Part shown: positions 50,957 to 60,372 of the stretch, piece after piece
Position numbering within the stretch: position 1 is the first letter of the stretch
How the letters are laid out: each line of letters starts with the position of its first letter
Assembly (NCBI GenBank): GCA_046759445.1
Contig: JBHICG010000010.1
Coordinates: 1 to 64,000, forward strand
Direction of reading: 5' to 3'
From: Candidatus Scalinduaceae bacterium
GTDB taxonomy: Bacteria; Planctomycetota; Brocadiia; Brocadiales; Scalinduaceae
Length of the DNA: 64,000 bases
Program-made: the position numbers and the translations under genes
The notes under the pieces: generated by a model
Told to the model about the DNA's origin: nothing
Database searches by the model: none
The model's input: only the letters and a program-made list of their open reading frames with translations

Positions 50957-52693
50957 TTACTTTTTTCTTCCAATTGCGGCTATTTTCTTTGTGAAAAGCT
51001 TATTTGATTTGCCATATAACATAAAACTAACTTTGAAGAATAATGTGAACATAGCAGTCAGAAATTTACCAACATAGTTCATGGGATTTTTGCGAAATAC
51101 ATACAGATTAAGTGGAATAACCTCAACATCGTCGAAATTAGAATAATTCAAAATTTGCCTTAGTGAATATTCAGTAAGTGTATTGTAATGATCGAAATTT
51201 TGAGCGAGGGCCTCTATTCCTGTTATTGGGTTTCCCCCATTTAGAGAATGAATTATTACTACTCCATCTTGCCTGAGACTATTCCAACAAAGTCCAAGAA
51301 ACACCAACATCTCGTCTTTTGTTAGGTGATTTATTTCTTGTTCACAAAATATAAGATCAAATTGTTCTTTGTTGTTTTCCAAAAATGGAAACGATTCTTC
51401 TACTCTGCAATTCAGGTTTTTTTTTGTAGCATATTCCACTTTTTCAGGATCTAAATCGATTCCCAGTGCATTTGTGTAACCGTATTTTTTTAACAAATTC
51501 AAAAAATATCCATATCCACAACTTATAAAAAGTATATTGCTTCTTTTATCCGTAGGAACATATTTCAGATAATTGGCCTTATAAAATTCACCAAAAGTAT
51601 AATACCCCTTTTCAATATCTTCTGGCGCCTCCCAAAAGGAGTCAAATGGCTCCATTTTGGCCGTGAGCTTTGTTCCTGTTATCATTTTAAGTCTCCCTAC
51701 TGTAGACTGTAGCAGATTTGTTTCTTTATACCAGTTAACGGTTCTCGACACACCTTGACGGAAACTAAGTTTTGGTGTAAATTTCAAAGAATTTGAAGCA
51801 TTTTTCCATGATAAAACAAAACTCTTTTTAAAGAAATCCATTCTCCTTCGGTGAATGGGGGGCTGAATACCACACGGTCTTAGTATTTTTTCAATAACTG
51901 TTGCCAATACAAGCATTGGCAACAAAGGTATTCTAATTTTTGGTATACTAGTGTCCAGTTGTTCTGCAATTATGGCAACCATGTCATTGGTCGAAATAGC
52001 CTCTTTTCCAGCGAGTAAAAAAACTTTTCCAATTGCTTTTTCAACCGTAATCGCCAGAAAAAAACCTTCAATTAAGTCGTCAACAAATATAAGATGATGC
52101 ATATTTTTCCCATTACCAATCATAAAAAATCTACTTTTTTTCATTGCCTTGAATAACTTTAGAAGCCTTCTATCTCCCGGCCCATACACTTCCGGAAAAC
52201 GGATTACTACCACTGGTAGTTTATCTTTATAAGATAGTACGACTTTTTCACCTTCTAATTTTGTTATACCATAAATATTATCAGGCTTGCATGGAGACTG
52301 TTCATTAATTAAGCCTTGCATACTTCCATAAACGCCAATCGTACTGCCATGTACAAATCGTTTCACACCAGCATTTACGCTAGCTTCGAGGATATTTTCT
52401 GTTCCCTTAACGTTTACATCCCAAAATCTCTGGTCAGGAACATTCATCTCGTGCTGTGCTGCTGCAAGGTGAAAAACAACATCGATCCCTTTTAACAATT
52501 CCAATAAAATATCTCTATCGGTAATAGACGCCAAATTCACTTCAGCACCTTTTTCTTCTATTAGTTTCTTGTTTTCTGACTCTGCGATAGTATTCTCTTG
52601 TCCTAAAACCCTAACTGAATAACCTTTTTCAAGACATTTTATAGCTAGTTGAGAACCAATAAATCCTGTACCACCTGTAATTAATATTTTCAT
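50957..52693 (-). CDS. NAD-dependent epimerase/dehydratase fused in frame to a class I methyltransferase
   Basis: N-part ITGGTGFIG, YGITK; C-part ISCGYG, EQEINHL; internal GGGAG RBS plus ATG at 51685. Confidence 0.8.
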   Translation of the reverse strand: MKILITGGTGFIGSQLAIKCLEKGYSVRVLGQENTIAESENKKLIEEKGAEVNLASITDRDILLELLKGIDVVFHLAAAQHEMNVPDQRFWDVNVKGTENILEASVNAGVKRFVHGSTIGVYGSMQGLINEQSPCKPDNIYGITKLEGEKVVLSYKDKLPVVVIRFPEVYGPGDRRLLKLFKAMKKSRFFMIGNGKNMHHLIFVDDLIEGFFLAITVEKAIGKVFLLAGKEAISTNDMVAIIAEQLDTSIPKIRIPLLPMLVLATVIEKILRPCGIQPPIHRRRMDFFKKSFVLSWKNASNSLKFTPKLSFRQGVSRTVNWYKETNLLQSTVGRLKMITGTKLTAKMEPFDSFWEAPEDIEKGYYTFGEFYKANYLKYVPTDKRSNILFISCGYGYFLNLLKKYGYTNALGIDLDPEKVEYATKKNLNCRVEESFPFLENNKEQFDLIFCEQEINHLTKDEMLVFLGLCWNSLRQDGVVIIHSLNGGNPITGIEALAQNFDHYNTLTEYSLRQILNYSNFDDVEVIPLNLYVFRKNPMNYVGKFLTAMFTLFFKVSFMLYGKSNKLFTKKIAAIGRKK

Positions 52694-52826
52694 CTACTTT
52701 CTCAATATTGTTTTGCCATACAAGAACACAGACATCAAAAACATCTATAATAACAATCTTTACTCTTTCTCTGTGTCTTGAGTGATCAGTCTTTATCTTT
52801 TTTATAAAGGTATTACCATCACTTGC

Positions 52827-54554
52827 TTAGCAAACTCGAACGTGTTCTGCCTTTATCAATGACCTGCCATTTTTTAAAAATCCAAGCCTTTGGAAAGTAA
52901 CACTTACTTCTTCGAGTTCAGCCTGAGTTTTTTCATCATCCCAACCCAATTCTTCAGCAATCAACTCGGCACAAGTTCTTAAGGCTTCTCCTCCAGGGTC
53001 TCCGCCAGTACCAAGGTCTGTTCTACGAAATACTACATCTGCCAGTTTCTGAGCCATTTCTTCTCTAACCGCGTGTATAATTTCAGCTTTTATGACAGTT
53101 GAATCTCCTACGTTTTCGACCCACACTGGATTCTCCTTGATATACTTCAAAACTTCTTGATATTTTGAACCATAATTATGAACCAAAGGACGCATTTCTT
53201 TGGACGATAAAGATGAAGGACCTTTTTCAATAGCTCTATTAAGGAAATCATCAAAGCAATCTATTTGACCACCATAAATAGGCGTTACTGACGTTTTAGA
53301 TTTCGTTATCCTATTTTCTATTTTTTCAAAAATAAGATCAATTGCCCTCTCTGCCTTACCTCTAGCTGTTGTGGCTCGAACTCCCATGAGAGTAACAAGT
53401 CCTTCTATATTGTGTTCTTTCTTGTGATCAATAAGTCGAGAACGCTTTCCAAAACTTATTTTTGTTGTCTCCTGTTTGCTTTCCTCACCAAACAGAGTAA
53501 GACCCGTAAGTATCATAGAAACATCTTTTAGTTTAAGCGCAAAACCAGGACAAGCTTCATTGACTTCATCGATGAAACCTTGAAGCTCTTCTTCGGTGAC
53601 TGATACCTCCTCTGGTATTCGGTTAAAAACCACATGCCAAACACCAATAAGAGTACTGCATCGCCATGGTGCCACAAAGATGTGGCGGCCACCTCTATCC
53701 AAAACAGCATCTGCATCTTTAGTTTTTAAAGGGGTTGCAAAACCATAATTATTAGACAACTTACGCGGAATAACAAAAGCCAGGTCTCTAGAATAGATAG
53801 GTTTGGGATCCAATTGAATGCCAAGCGTTTTTTCAAGTAGTAGATGTGACCATGCACCGGCTGTGTTAAGCACTGCTTTACTGCGAATTTCTAATTGATC
53901 TCCTGCCAGTATGTCTCTGGCTACAACACCTATAACTCTATTTTCTTTTTTAAGAAACCTGGTAACTTCCAAATAGTTTGCAGCTTCAGCACCGGCACCT
54001 ACAGCAGATCTTAGAAAAGACATAGCTAGGCGTGGCGGATTATACATCTGACCATCAAAGAAAACAGCCCCACCTGTGAGGCCATTTTCACAAAGGTCTG
54101 GAAATAGCTGTAAAATTTCCCGCCGTGATATAAAGTGTCCCCTTGGGATTCGTCTTTTTGGATCTGATATTCCAAAGTTACGATCCAGAGTTAATAAATC
54201 ATATACAACAAAACCTACTCTTAGAAATTCCTTACCCTTTATTCCATGTCCATAAGTAGGAATGACTATGGGTAATGGTCGTACAAGATGAGGAGCGATA
54301 TGTAAAAGTGCAGATCGTTCACGAGATGATTCACGTATCCGGCACAGGTCAGCATGTTGAAGATAACGTATGCCACCATGGACCATTTTTAAATGATTTG
54401 CAGATGTGGCGTGACAAAAATCATTTTTTTCTACTATGGCAACCGATAGTCCACGTAATGCTGCATCCCATGCGGCACAAACTCCAAAGATTCCTCCACC
54501 CACAATCACAAGGTCATATTCCTTCTCAACTAATTCTTGAATGTGTCTCTTCAT
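52827..54554 (-). CDS. FAD-dependent glycerol-3-phosphate dehydrogenase/oxidase family protein
   Basis: DLVIVGGGIFG, ATSANHLKMVHGGIRYL, APHLVRPLP, EEMAQKLADVVFRRTDLG. Confidence 0.88.
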   Translation of the reverse strand: MKRHIQELVEKEYDLVIVGGGIFGVCAAWDAALRGLSVAIVEKNDFCHATSANHLKMVHGGIRYLQHADLCRIRESSRERSALLHIAPHLVRPLPIVIPTYGHGIKGKEFLRVGFVVYDLLTLDRNFGISDPKRRIPRGHFISRREILQLFPDLCENGLTGGAVFFDGQMYNPPRLAMSFLRSAVGAGAEAANYLEVTRFLKKENRVIGVVARDILAGDQLEIRSKAVLNTAGAWSHLLLEKTLGIQLDPKPIYSRDLAFVIPRKLSNNYGFATPLKTKDADAVLDRGGRHIFVAPWRCSTLIGVWHVVFNRIPEEVSVTEEELQGFIDEVNEACPGFALKLKDVSMILTGLTLFGEESKQETTKISFGKRSRLIDHKKEHNIEGLVTLMGVRATTARGKAERAIDLIFEKIENRITKSKTSVTPIYGGQIDCFDDFLNRAIEKGPSSLSSKEMRPLVHNYGSKYQEVLKYIKENPVWVENVGDSTVIKAEIIHAVREEMAQKLADVVFRRTDLGTGGDPGGEALRTCAELIAEELGWDDEKTQAELEEVSVTFQRLGFLKNGRSLIKAEHVRVC

Positions 54555-54639
54555 AGTTGTTTCTTATACAATCGTTCTAAATGATTTTGCTATCATTCGT
54601 ACAAGCATTGCAGTTTGTAAAATAAATATTTGTTAAAAC

Positions 54640-55240
54640 CGAATGATGGCGGATATCTTAATATTCAAACATTATTCTATTAAGTAAAATGATGTAATCT
54701 TGGTACATGCCAAAATGATGGGCGGGCACTATTGTCTCCTATAAAAAGATAGGGGGAGTAATATCTTTTTTGAGTCTTTCTCTTTTAAAAAACCGTTTGC
54801 CAACTCCCAAGCGAGCACCGTAATTGTTTGTTTATCAAAAAGCCTCTTGACATCATTTTCGATTGGGAGTCTATCTTCAATTTTTTGATTTGATGCGATT
54901 GATAACACTTCAAGATTTTCTTTGGTAACAATCTGCCTTCCTGCCATGATATAGCAAAGCGTCTTGTTATTTTTTTTAGTATTAAAGAACAATCTTCTGA
55001 AGTGGTTTCAAATAAGTAATCAGATTTTTGTCCAACTATGGCTTTCTTTTTAAATTGAGAAAAATAATCATTCTGCTTTCCTTCACTAAATAATAGTATT
55101 TTTGTAAATTTATCACCATTTGGATATATAGCATGGAACATTGTGTCCATATTTTTCATTGCGGCATCAAAGAACTTATCAGGATCATAGCAACTATAAA
55201 AATGAACATGCCCATCTACTATCAACTTTGTTTCTGCCAT
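54640..55240 (-). pseudogene. Frameshifted metal-dependent hydrolase (PHP/amidohydrolase-like)
   Basis: VDGHVHFY start; reading continues in shifting frames as AGRQIVTKENLEVL, AW(G)VGKRFFKR, YLFIGDNSARPSFW; shifts at short homopolymers (T8 54970-54977, C3 54806-54808). Confidence 0.7.
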
Positions 55241-55288
55241 TTAAAATGCTTAAGCTAAAGTAACTATTATTTTCTAATAAGATTCTTG

Positions 55289-56227
55289 CTATTTACGGAA
55301 GACAAAAACAAGACCCCCCAAGAGGCTGATAGCCGTCACCATTAAAAACCAGGAGATAGATAGACTGAGCGCCTTAGAGTGCGTAACACCGACTTGTGCA
55401 AATAGATAAACATTGATCCCTTCCCTGACACCAAGTCCATTTATTGAGATTGGCAGCATAGATATGACGGTTATTATTGGAAAGAAAAAGAAAAAATAAC
55501 TCCATGGAACTGTAATATCCAACGCATTGGACAAGATTATATACACAAAAATATTCATAACCTGAATAATAATAGACAATAGAACTGCGTTAAGAAAAGA
55601 ACTCTTGTGATTTTCATATTTTCCAAATGTTTCGAAAATCTCAAAAATAGCCTTTTTTATTTTTTCAATCTTGAGCTTACTGACTAGATTAATGGTTAGG
55701 TTTTTAACATGACTATTTATTACAATGATAGTTCCTGCAATGAAAGTTGCTGTTATCCCTAATATTAAAATTTTAACAAGGTAGTCTTCCGGCAAAGAAT
55801 AGATAAATATGAGGGATACCAGTCCAATCAAAAGCAATGCAGCGAGGCCAGTATATCTTTCAAGAAACACTGTAGTAATTGATTCTTTACCTTTTTTGGA
55901 GTATCTATAAAGGTCATACCCCTTTACTGCATCACCTCCGATAGAACCGGGAAGGAAATTGTTGAAGAACATACCTACAAGATAGAAAGAAAAAAGTCTT
56001 AGAGTCGTAACCCTAATGTTGTGGGCCACTAGTAATACTTTCCAACGCAATGAACTAAGGTATTGAGCTACAATATAAAGCATCGCACATAATAGACATA
56101 GCTTGAGGTCGATAGACACAAATGTTTGTGAAAACATATCTAAGCCGGTTTTCTTTAATAAGAAAGCAAGTATACTTATACTAATAAGTAATTTTATTAG
56201 GATAAAGGTCTTTTTTTTATGGAACAT
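55289..56227 (-). CDS. Lysylphosphatidylglycerol synthase TM-domain / flippase-like membrane protein (UPF0104), paralog 2
   Basis: RWKVLL, FFNNFLPGSIGGDAVK, ERYTG, LPISINGLGVREG. Confidence 0.85.
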   Translation of the reverse strand: MFHKKKTFILIKLLISISILAFLLKKTGLDMFSQTFVSIDLKLCLLCAMLYIVAQYLSSLRWKVLLVAHNIRVTTLRLFSFYLVGMFFNNFLPGSIGGDAVKGYDLYRYSKKGKESITTVFLERYTGLAALLLIGLVSLIFIYSLPEDYLVKILILGITATFIAGTIIVINSHVKNLTINLVSKLKIEKIKKAIFEIFETFGKYENHKSSFLNAVLLSIIIQVMNIFVYIILSNALDITVPWSYFFFFFPIITVISMLPISINGLGVREGINVYLFAQVGVTHSKALSLSISWFLMVTAISLLGGLVFVFRK

Positions 56228-56229
56228 AC

Positions 56230-56472
56230 AATAACCTCGATTCCAAATTGGTCAAGAATATACATTTCTCAAGTGATCCACCAATACTCTCATCTCCGTC
56301 TGGAACAACACAGTGCCAATAACATCCTAAACCAAAATATGCCAGCCGGTGAAACAAGTGACCTCCCAATAAAACCTGCTGCTCCTGTTACCAAGATAGT
56401 TTTACCCTGAAGGTCTTGAAAACTTTCTGGCAGAGGTGTATAGCTATTTATTTTTTGAGACGCTTTTATCAT
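56230..56472 (-). pseudogene. Remnant of NAD-dependent epimerase/dehydratase
   Basis: GKTILVTGAAGFIGRSLV, continuing after two +1 shifts as HRLAYFGL / DVIGTVL, then lost. Confidence 0.7.
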
Positions 56473-56643
56473 CGCAATTTATTTTTTGTAGCTATCAATT
56501 TTATTATTTTTTTCATTCTTAATTCTGTCACTCCACTTCTCTCTCTCATACGATTTAACAGAAATAACATCCAAAAACTTACCTCACATTTTCTCTAATT
56601 TATATACACAATTACTTATGTAATTTAATAGATTCTCATTATA

Positions 56644-57105
56644 TGGGCATAGCTCCGCCCTCTCAGTTACATTGGAAGATATAACATAGTAATGATTTTC
56701 ATTTTGAAAAGACTTTTCGTCACAGATTCACTTCGTTAACTATTAAACATCTGACGAGAAATAAAAGAAATAAACATATTCTTATTTCTTTGCAACCTGC
56801 TACCATAAAAGTTTCATTATCGCTTTTGTTAAAAACGACTTAAGCAAGTCAAAAACGGAAAGGATATATGATTTAACGCAAATATTTTGCCCAAATCTGA
56901 CAAGTTTCTGAAAGCAAATTGTAAAATATACAACCTATGAACACATAAGTAATTACGAATAAATGAAAAACAACTATTTTTTCCCAATGTAAATCTATGT
57001 TTATAAAAACCAACACTTTTTCTCTGAAAATTTCATAACATATTAATAATCAAGGCGATAGGAATATTCAAAGAAAGCTAACAATATGTTGTTATTTTAG
57101 AATTT
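56644..57105 (-). promoter_or_regulatory. Conserved regulatory cassette copy C
   Basis: Minus strand TGGGCAAAATATTTGCG 56877-56893; TGT-N12-ACA 56998-57015; leader motif 56644-56688. Confidence 0.8.
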
Positions 57106-57320
57106 ATATTGGCCCTTATGTAAAGCTAAATTTATGGTTTTAAGCTCAAGTGTGAATGAACTGCTATATCAAGTCATTTGTTAAAAGTGAACATTTTAAC
57201 CTACATCATATTTAAAAGCATTTTTTTGGGAGTTATTTGAATCGTGTCTGTTTTTGGTTTGTATACCACAAATTATATTGGTATAATTTGCGTTTTATAT
57301 TAACAAAAATATAATAGATT

Positions 57321-57650
57321 ATGGTCACTCAAAGAAGAGTTTATCCCAGAGTTGACGTAAATATCACTCTCAGTCAATTAGGAAATGCCGTAAATATTTC
57401 TGAGGGAGGTATGTGTGTTATTGTTGATAACCCCATACCCGTTGGCCATATGATTAATCTTGATTTGTTTCTACCCAATTCATCTGTTGATGACGTAAAA
57501 GAACCATTAGATCAAGTAAAGCTTGAGGGAATTGTAGTTTGGAGTAAACACTCTGAGTTATTAGACAAACACGAAGTAGGAATTAAATTCACTGATCAAC
57601 ATCTTTATAATAGAGAAAAAGTAAAAACCTTTATTGAAAAATACACATAA
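57321..57650 (+). CDS. Single-domain PilZ protein (putative c-di-GMP receptor)
   Basis: QRRVYPR (RxxxR), NISEGG ((D/N)xSxxG), EVGIKF. Confidence 0.85.
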   Translation: MVTQRRVYPRVDVNITLSQLGNAVNISEGGMCVIVDNPIPVGHMINLDLFLPNSSVDDVKEPLDQVKLEGIVVWSKHSELLDKHEVGIKFTDQHLYNREKVKTFIEKYT

Positions 57651-57664
57651 AGACTTTATAAATC

Positions 57665-58972
57665 TTATTTCCTTCCAACAGATGAGTACAAGAAACCAAG
57701 CTTCCTAACGTAACCAGGTTCATAAACGTTTCTCAAATCGATTAATACGGGCTCTTTTAGGAGTTTTTTAATTCTTTTCATATCCAACATTCTGAACTGG
57801 TTCCACTCTGTTGCAATGACTAGCGCATTTGAGCCTTTAGCTACTTCGTAAGCGTCTTTACAATAATTCACTTTATTACTATTGAAAATAGTTTTTGCCG
57901 TACCTAAAGCCTCCGGATCATATGCCCTTATCTTTGAACCACGTTTTATGAGGATTTTTGCCATTTCAATTGCAGGTGATTCGCGAATGTCGTCAGTATT
58001 TGGTTTAAAGGAAAGACCAAGGATACCTATTGTCTTGCCTCTAAGACTACCAATTGATTTTTTTATCTTATCTATCATCATGATTCTTTGTTGTTGGTTA
58101 ACCTCGATAACTGACTTTATAATTTTCAATTCATAATTGTTATTCTTTGCCATCTGAGCTAACGCCCTTGTATCTTTAGGAAAACATGAACCTCCAAAAC
58201 CAGGACCAGGATGCAAAAATTTAGAACCTATCCGATTGTCCAGTCCCATTCCTTTTGCCACCATATGCACGTCTGCACCCACCCTCTCACACAGGTTTGC
58301 AATCTCATTAATGAACGAAATCTTTGTTGCTAAAAATGCATTTGATGCATACTTTATCATTTCAGCAGTCTCTATGTTTGTTATCAAAAATGGCGTCTCA
58401 ATCAGGTAGAGTGGCCTATACAAATCCTTCAGTATGGCTATAGCTTGTTCACTTGAAGTACCAATTACAACTCTATTAGGCCTTAAAAAATCTTCAATAG
58501 CTGAACCTTCCCTAAGGAATTCAGGATTTGACGCAACATCAAAATTAATCTTAGCCTTTTGATACTTCTTTATAATTTCTTCAATCATTTTTCCCGTGCC
58601 AACTGGAACCGTACTCTTGGTTACAATCACCTTATAGCCGTCCATGGTTTTTGCAGTCTGTTTTGAAACTTCTTTTATATATTGCAGGTCTGAATCGCCG
58701 TTTTGTTTTGGAGGAGTCCCCACTGCAATGAATATGACGAGTGCATTCTTAACCCCTTCTTCTACATGTGCGGAAAATGAAAGCCTCTCCTGCCTCACAT
58801 TTTTAAGAATCAACTCTTGTAACCCGGGCTCGTATATTGGCGTTTCTCCCTTGCTTAACCTGTCTATCTTATCTCTGTCCTTGTCAACACATGTAACATT
58901 AAGGCCAAACTCAGCAAAACAGGCTCCTGTTACAAGACCTACATATCCGGATCCAATTATACATATGTTCAT
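57665..58972 (-). CDS. ugd: UDP-glucose 6-dehydrogenase
   Basis: IIGSGYVGL, KSTVPVGT, NPEFLREG, KYASNAFLA, GFGGSCFPKD, FKPNTDDIRES. Confidence 0.95.
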   Translation of the reverse strand: MNICIIGSGYVGLVTGACFAEFGLNVTCVDKDRDKIDRLSKGETPIYEPGLQELILKNVRQERLSFSAHVEEGVKNALVIFIAVGTPPKQNGDSDLQYIKEVSKQTAKTMDGYKVIVTKSTVPVGTGKMIEEIIKKYQKAKINFDVASNPEFLREGSAIEDFLRPNRVVIGTSSEQAIAILKDLYRPLYLIETPFLITNIETAEMIKYASNAFLATKISFINEIANLCERVGADVHMVAKGMGLDNRIGSKFLHPGPGFGGSCFPKDTRALAQMAKNNNYELKIIKSVIEVNQQQRIMMIDKIKKSIGSLRGKTIGILGLSFKPNTDDIRESPAIEMAKILIKRGSKIRAYDPEALGTAKTIFNSNKVNYCKDAYEVAKGSNALVIATEWNQFRMLDMKRIKKLLKEPVLIDLRNVYEPGYVRKLGFLYSSVGRK

Positions 58973-59223
58973 TTCTTAAATATAGAGGCCATAATATAGA
59001 TGTGAAAAAAATTAATAAGTACTAATGGTATTGGGATGTGTTAAGTCTTTTAATGAATTTAGTGTATTCTATGTTTAAGTAATTTTATAAAATTTGAAAT
59101 CAAGACTGGAAATCATGGAGCAAATAATTAACACAAGATGTGTCTACATTGTACCAACTTTATATTTGTAATCAATCCCCCAGAAATAGAAAAGCTAAAG
59201 GCATAAAGATACGGTCTAATTTG

Positions 59224-60291
59224 CTATGAGTGACCATTTGTATAACTATAATTTTCACCCATAGAGAACTCACCTCTATTCATTACACAGCCTATGATTT
59301 TACAATCTTTCAGCGTATCAACCGCTCGTTTTACTACATCTTTTTTTGTTTTCTTACTATTAACAATAAAAACAACTCCATCTGATAATGGAGCTAAAAC
59401 TGGCATGTCAGGAAATGTAAGAACAGGCGGAGCATCAATTATTATATAATCAAATCGCTCTCTCAAGTAGGATACAAGTTGTTTCATTTTGTCTGACGCT
59501 AATAGTTCACACACATTTGATGGCTTGTCACCTATAGGAAACATCGTAAAATTAGGTAGTAGACCGTTGTAAGATACGTCCTTAATTTCCGCCTCCCCAG
59601 AAAGGTACTTTTCCAAGCCTTTGCCAGGTTCAAACCCAAGCAATTTGTGAGCCATGTGTTTTCTAAAATCACAATTTACAAAAGCTATCTTACTCTTTTT
59701 ATCGTTACACAACGTAATTGCGGTGTTCAAGGCAACTAAGCTCTTTCCTTCATTCTCAGAAGCACTTGTGAATACAATTACCTTACACATATTTCTTTTC
59801 CGTATATTGTTTAGTGATACCTGTAGATTTCGAAAATGGACCATTACGGGTCCTTCCCATGTTTGCTTTCCAATAAAGTCATAATATGCCACTACACGTT
59901 CGTCCACATTATAGCTATCAACTTTTGTAGAAGGACACACTTCTTCTGTTTTCATTTCTCCGCCATAAATTTCCTCTGTTGATGTGATAATATCAAAATT
60001 ATCCGCTTTATGAGGTTCATAAGGATCGTCACCTTTAGTAAGATCATACATAAAGGCAGTTTCTTTTACTTTCTTTTCAATAGCAGAAGTAATATGGCTA
60101 TCGTGTTTTTTCGAGTTTATGTAAGGTTCATTTATTTGATTATTTATCGACAAATAGTCATTTATGTTATCATCTTTGCCTGTGGCTTTTGGAGAAACAT
60201 TATCTTTTTTATTTCCATCAATAGGAATAGAAGCCTGAATCTTATTCACACTCTTTTTAACTTTTTTTAATGCTTTTTCTATTTTGGACAT
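59224..60291 (-). CDS. CpsD/CapB-family (Wzc-like) tyrosine kinase, stand-alone
   Basis: MSKIEKAL N-terminus, TSASENEGKS Walker A, CDFRK, IIIDAPP, C-terminal NYSY. Confidence 0.85.
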   Translation of the reverse strand: MSKIEKALKKVKKSVNKIQASIPIDGNKKDNVSPKATGKDDNINDYLSINNQINEPYINSKKHDSHITSAIEKKVKETAFMYDLTKGDDPYEPHKADNFDIITSTEEIYGGEMKTEEVCPSTKVDSYNVDERVVAYYDFIGKQTWEGPVMVHFRNLQVSLNNIRKRNMCKVIVFTSASENEGKSLVALNTAITLCNDKKSKIAFVNCDFRKHMAHKLLGFEPGKGLEKYLSGEAEIKDVSYNGLLPNFTMFPIGDKPSNVCELLASDKMKQLVSYLRERFDYIIIDAPPVLTFPDMPVLAPLSDGVVFIVNSKKTKKDVVKRAVDTLKDCKIIGCVMNRGEFSMGENYSYTNGHS

Positions 60292-60372
60292 TTTAATACT
60301 CCTAATTAAATGTTAATGATAAGGTAAAAATTGTCATGAAGTAATGGACATGTAGTCACTATTTTTTGTGTC

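Noticed and set aside
19631..57105. Three-copy repeat as a CRISPR array or an IS/MITE
   Set aside because: Copies are 15-21 kb apart with no repeat-spacer periodicity, no terminal IRs or target duplications seen and no transposase; conservation centres on promoter-like motifs
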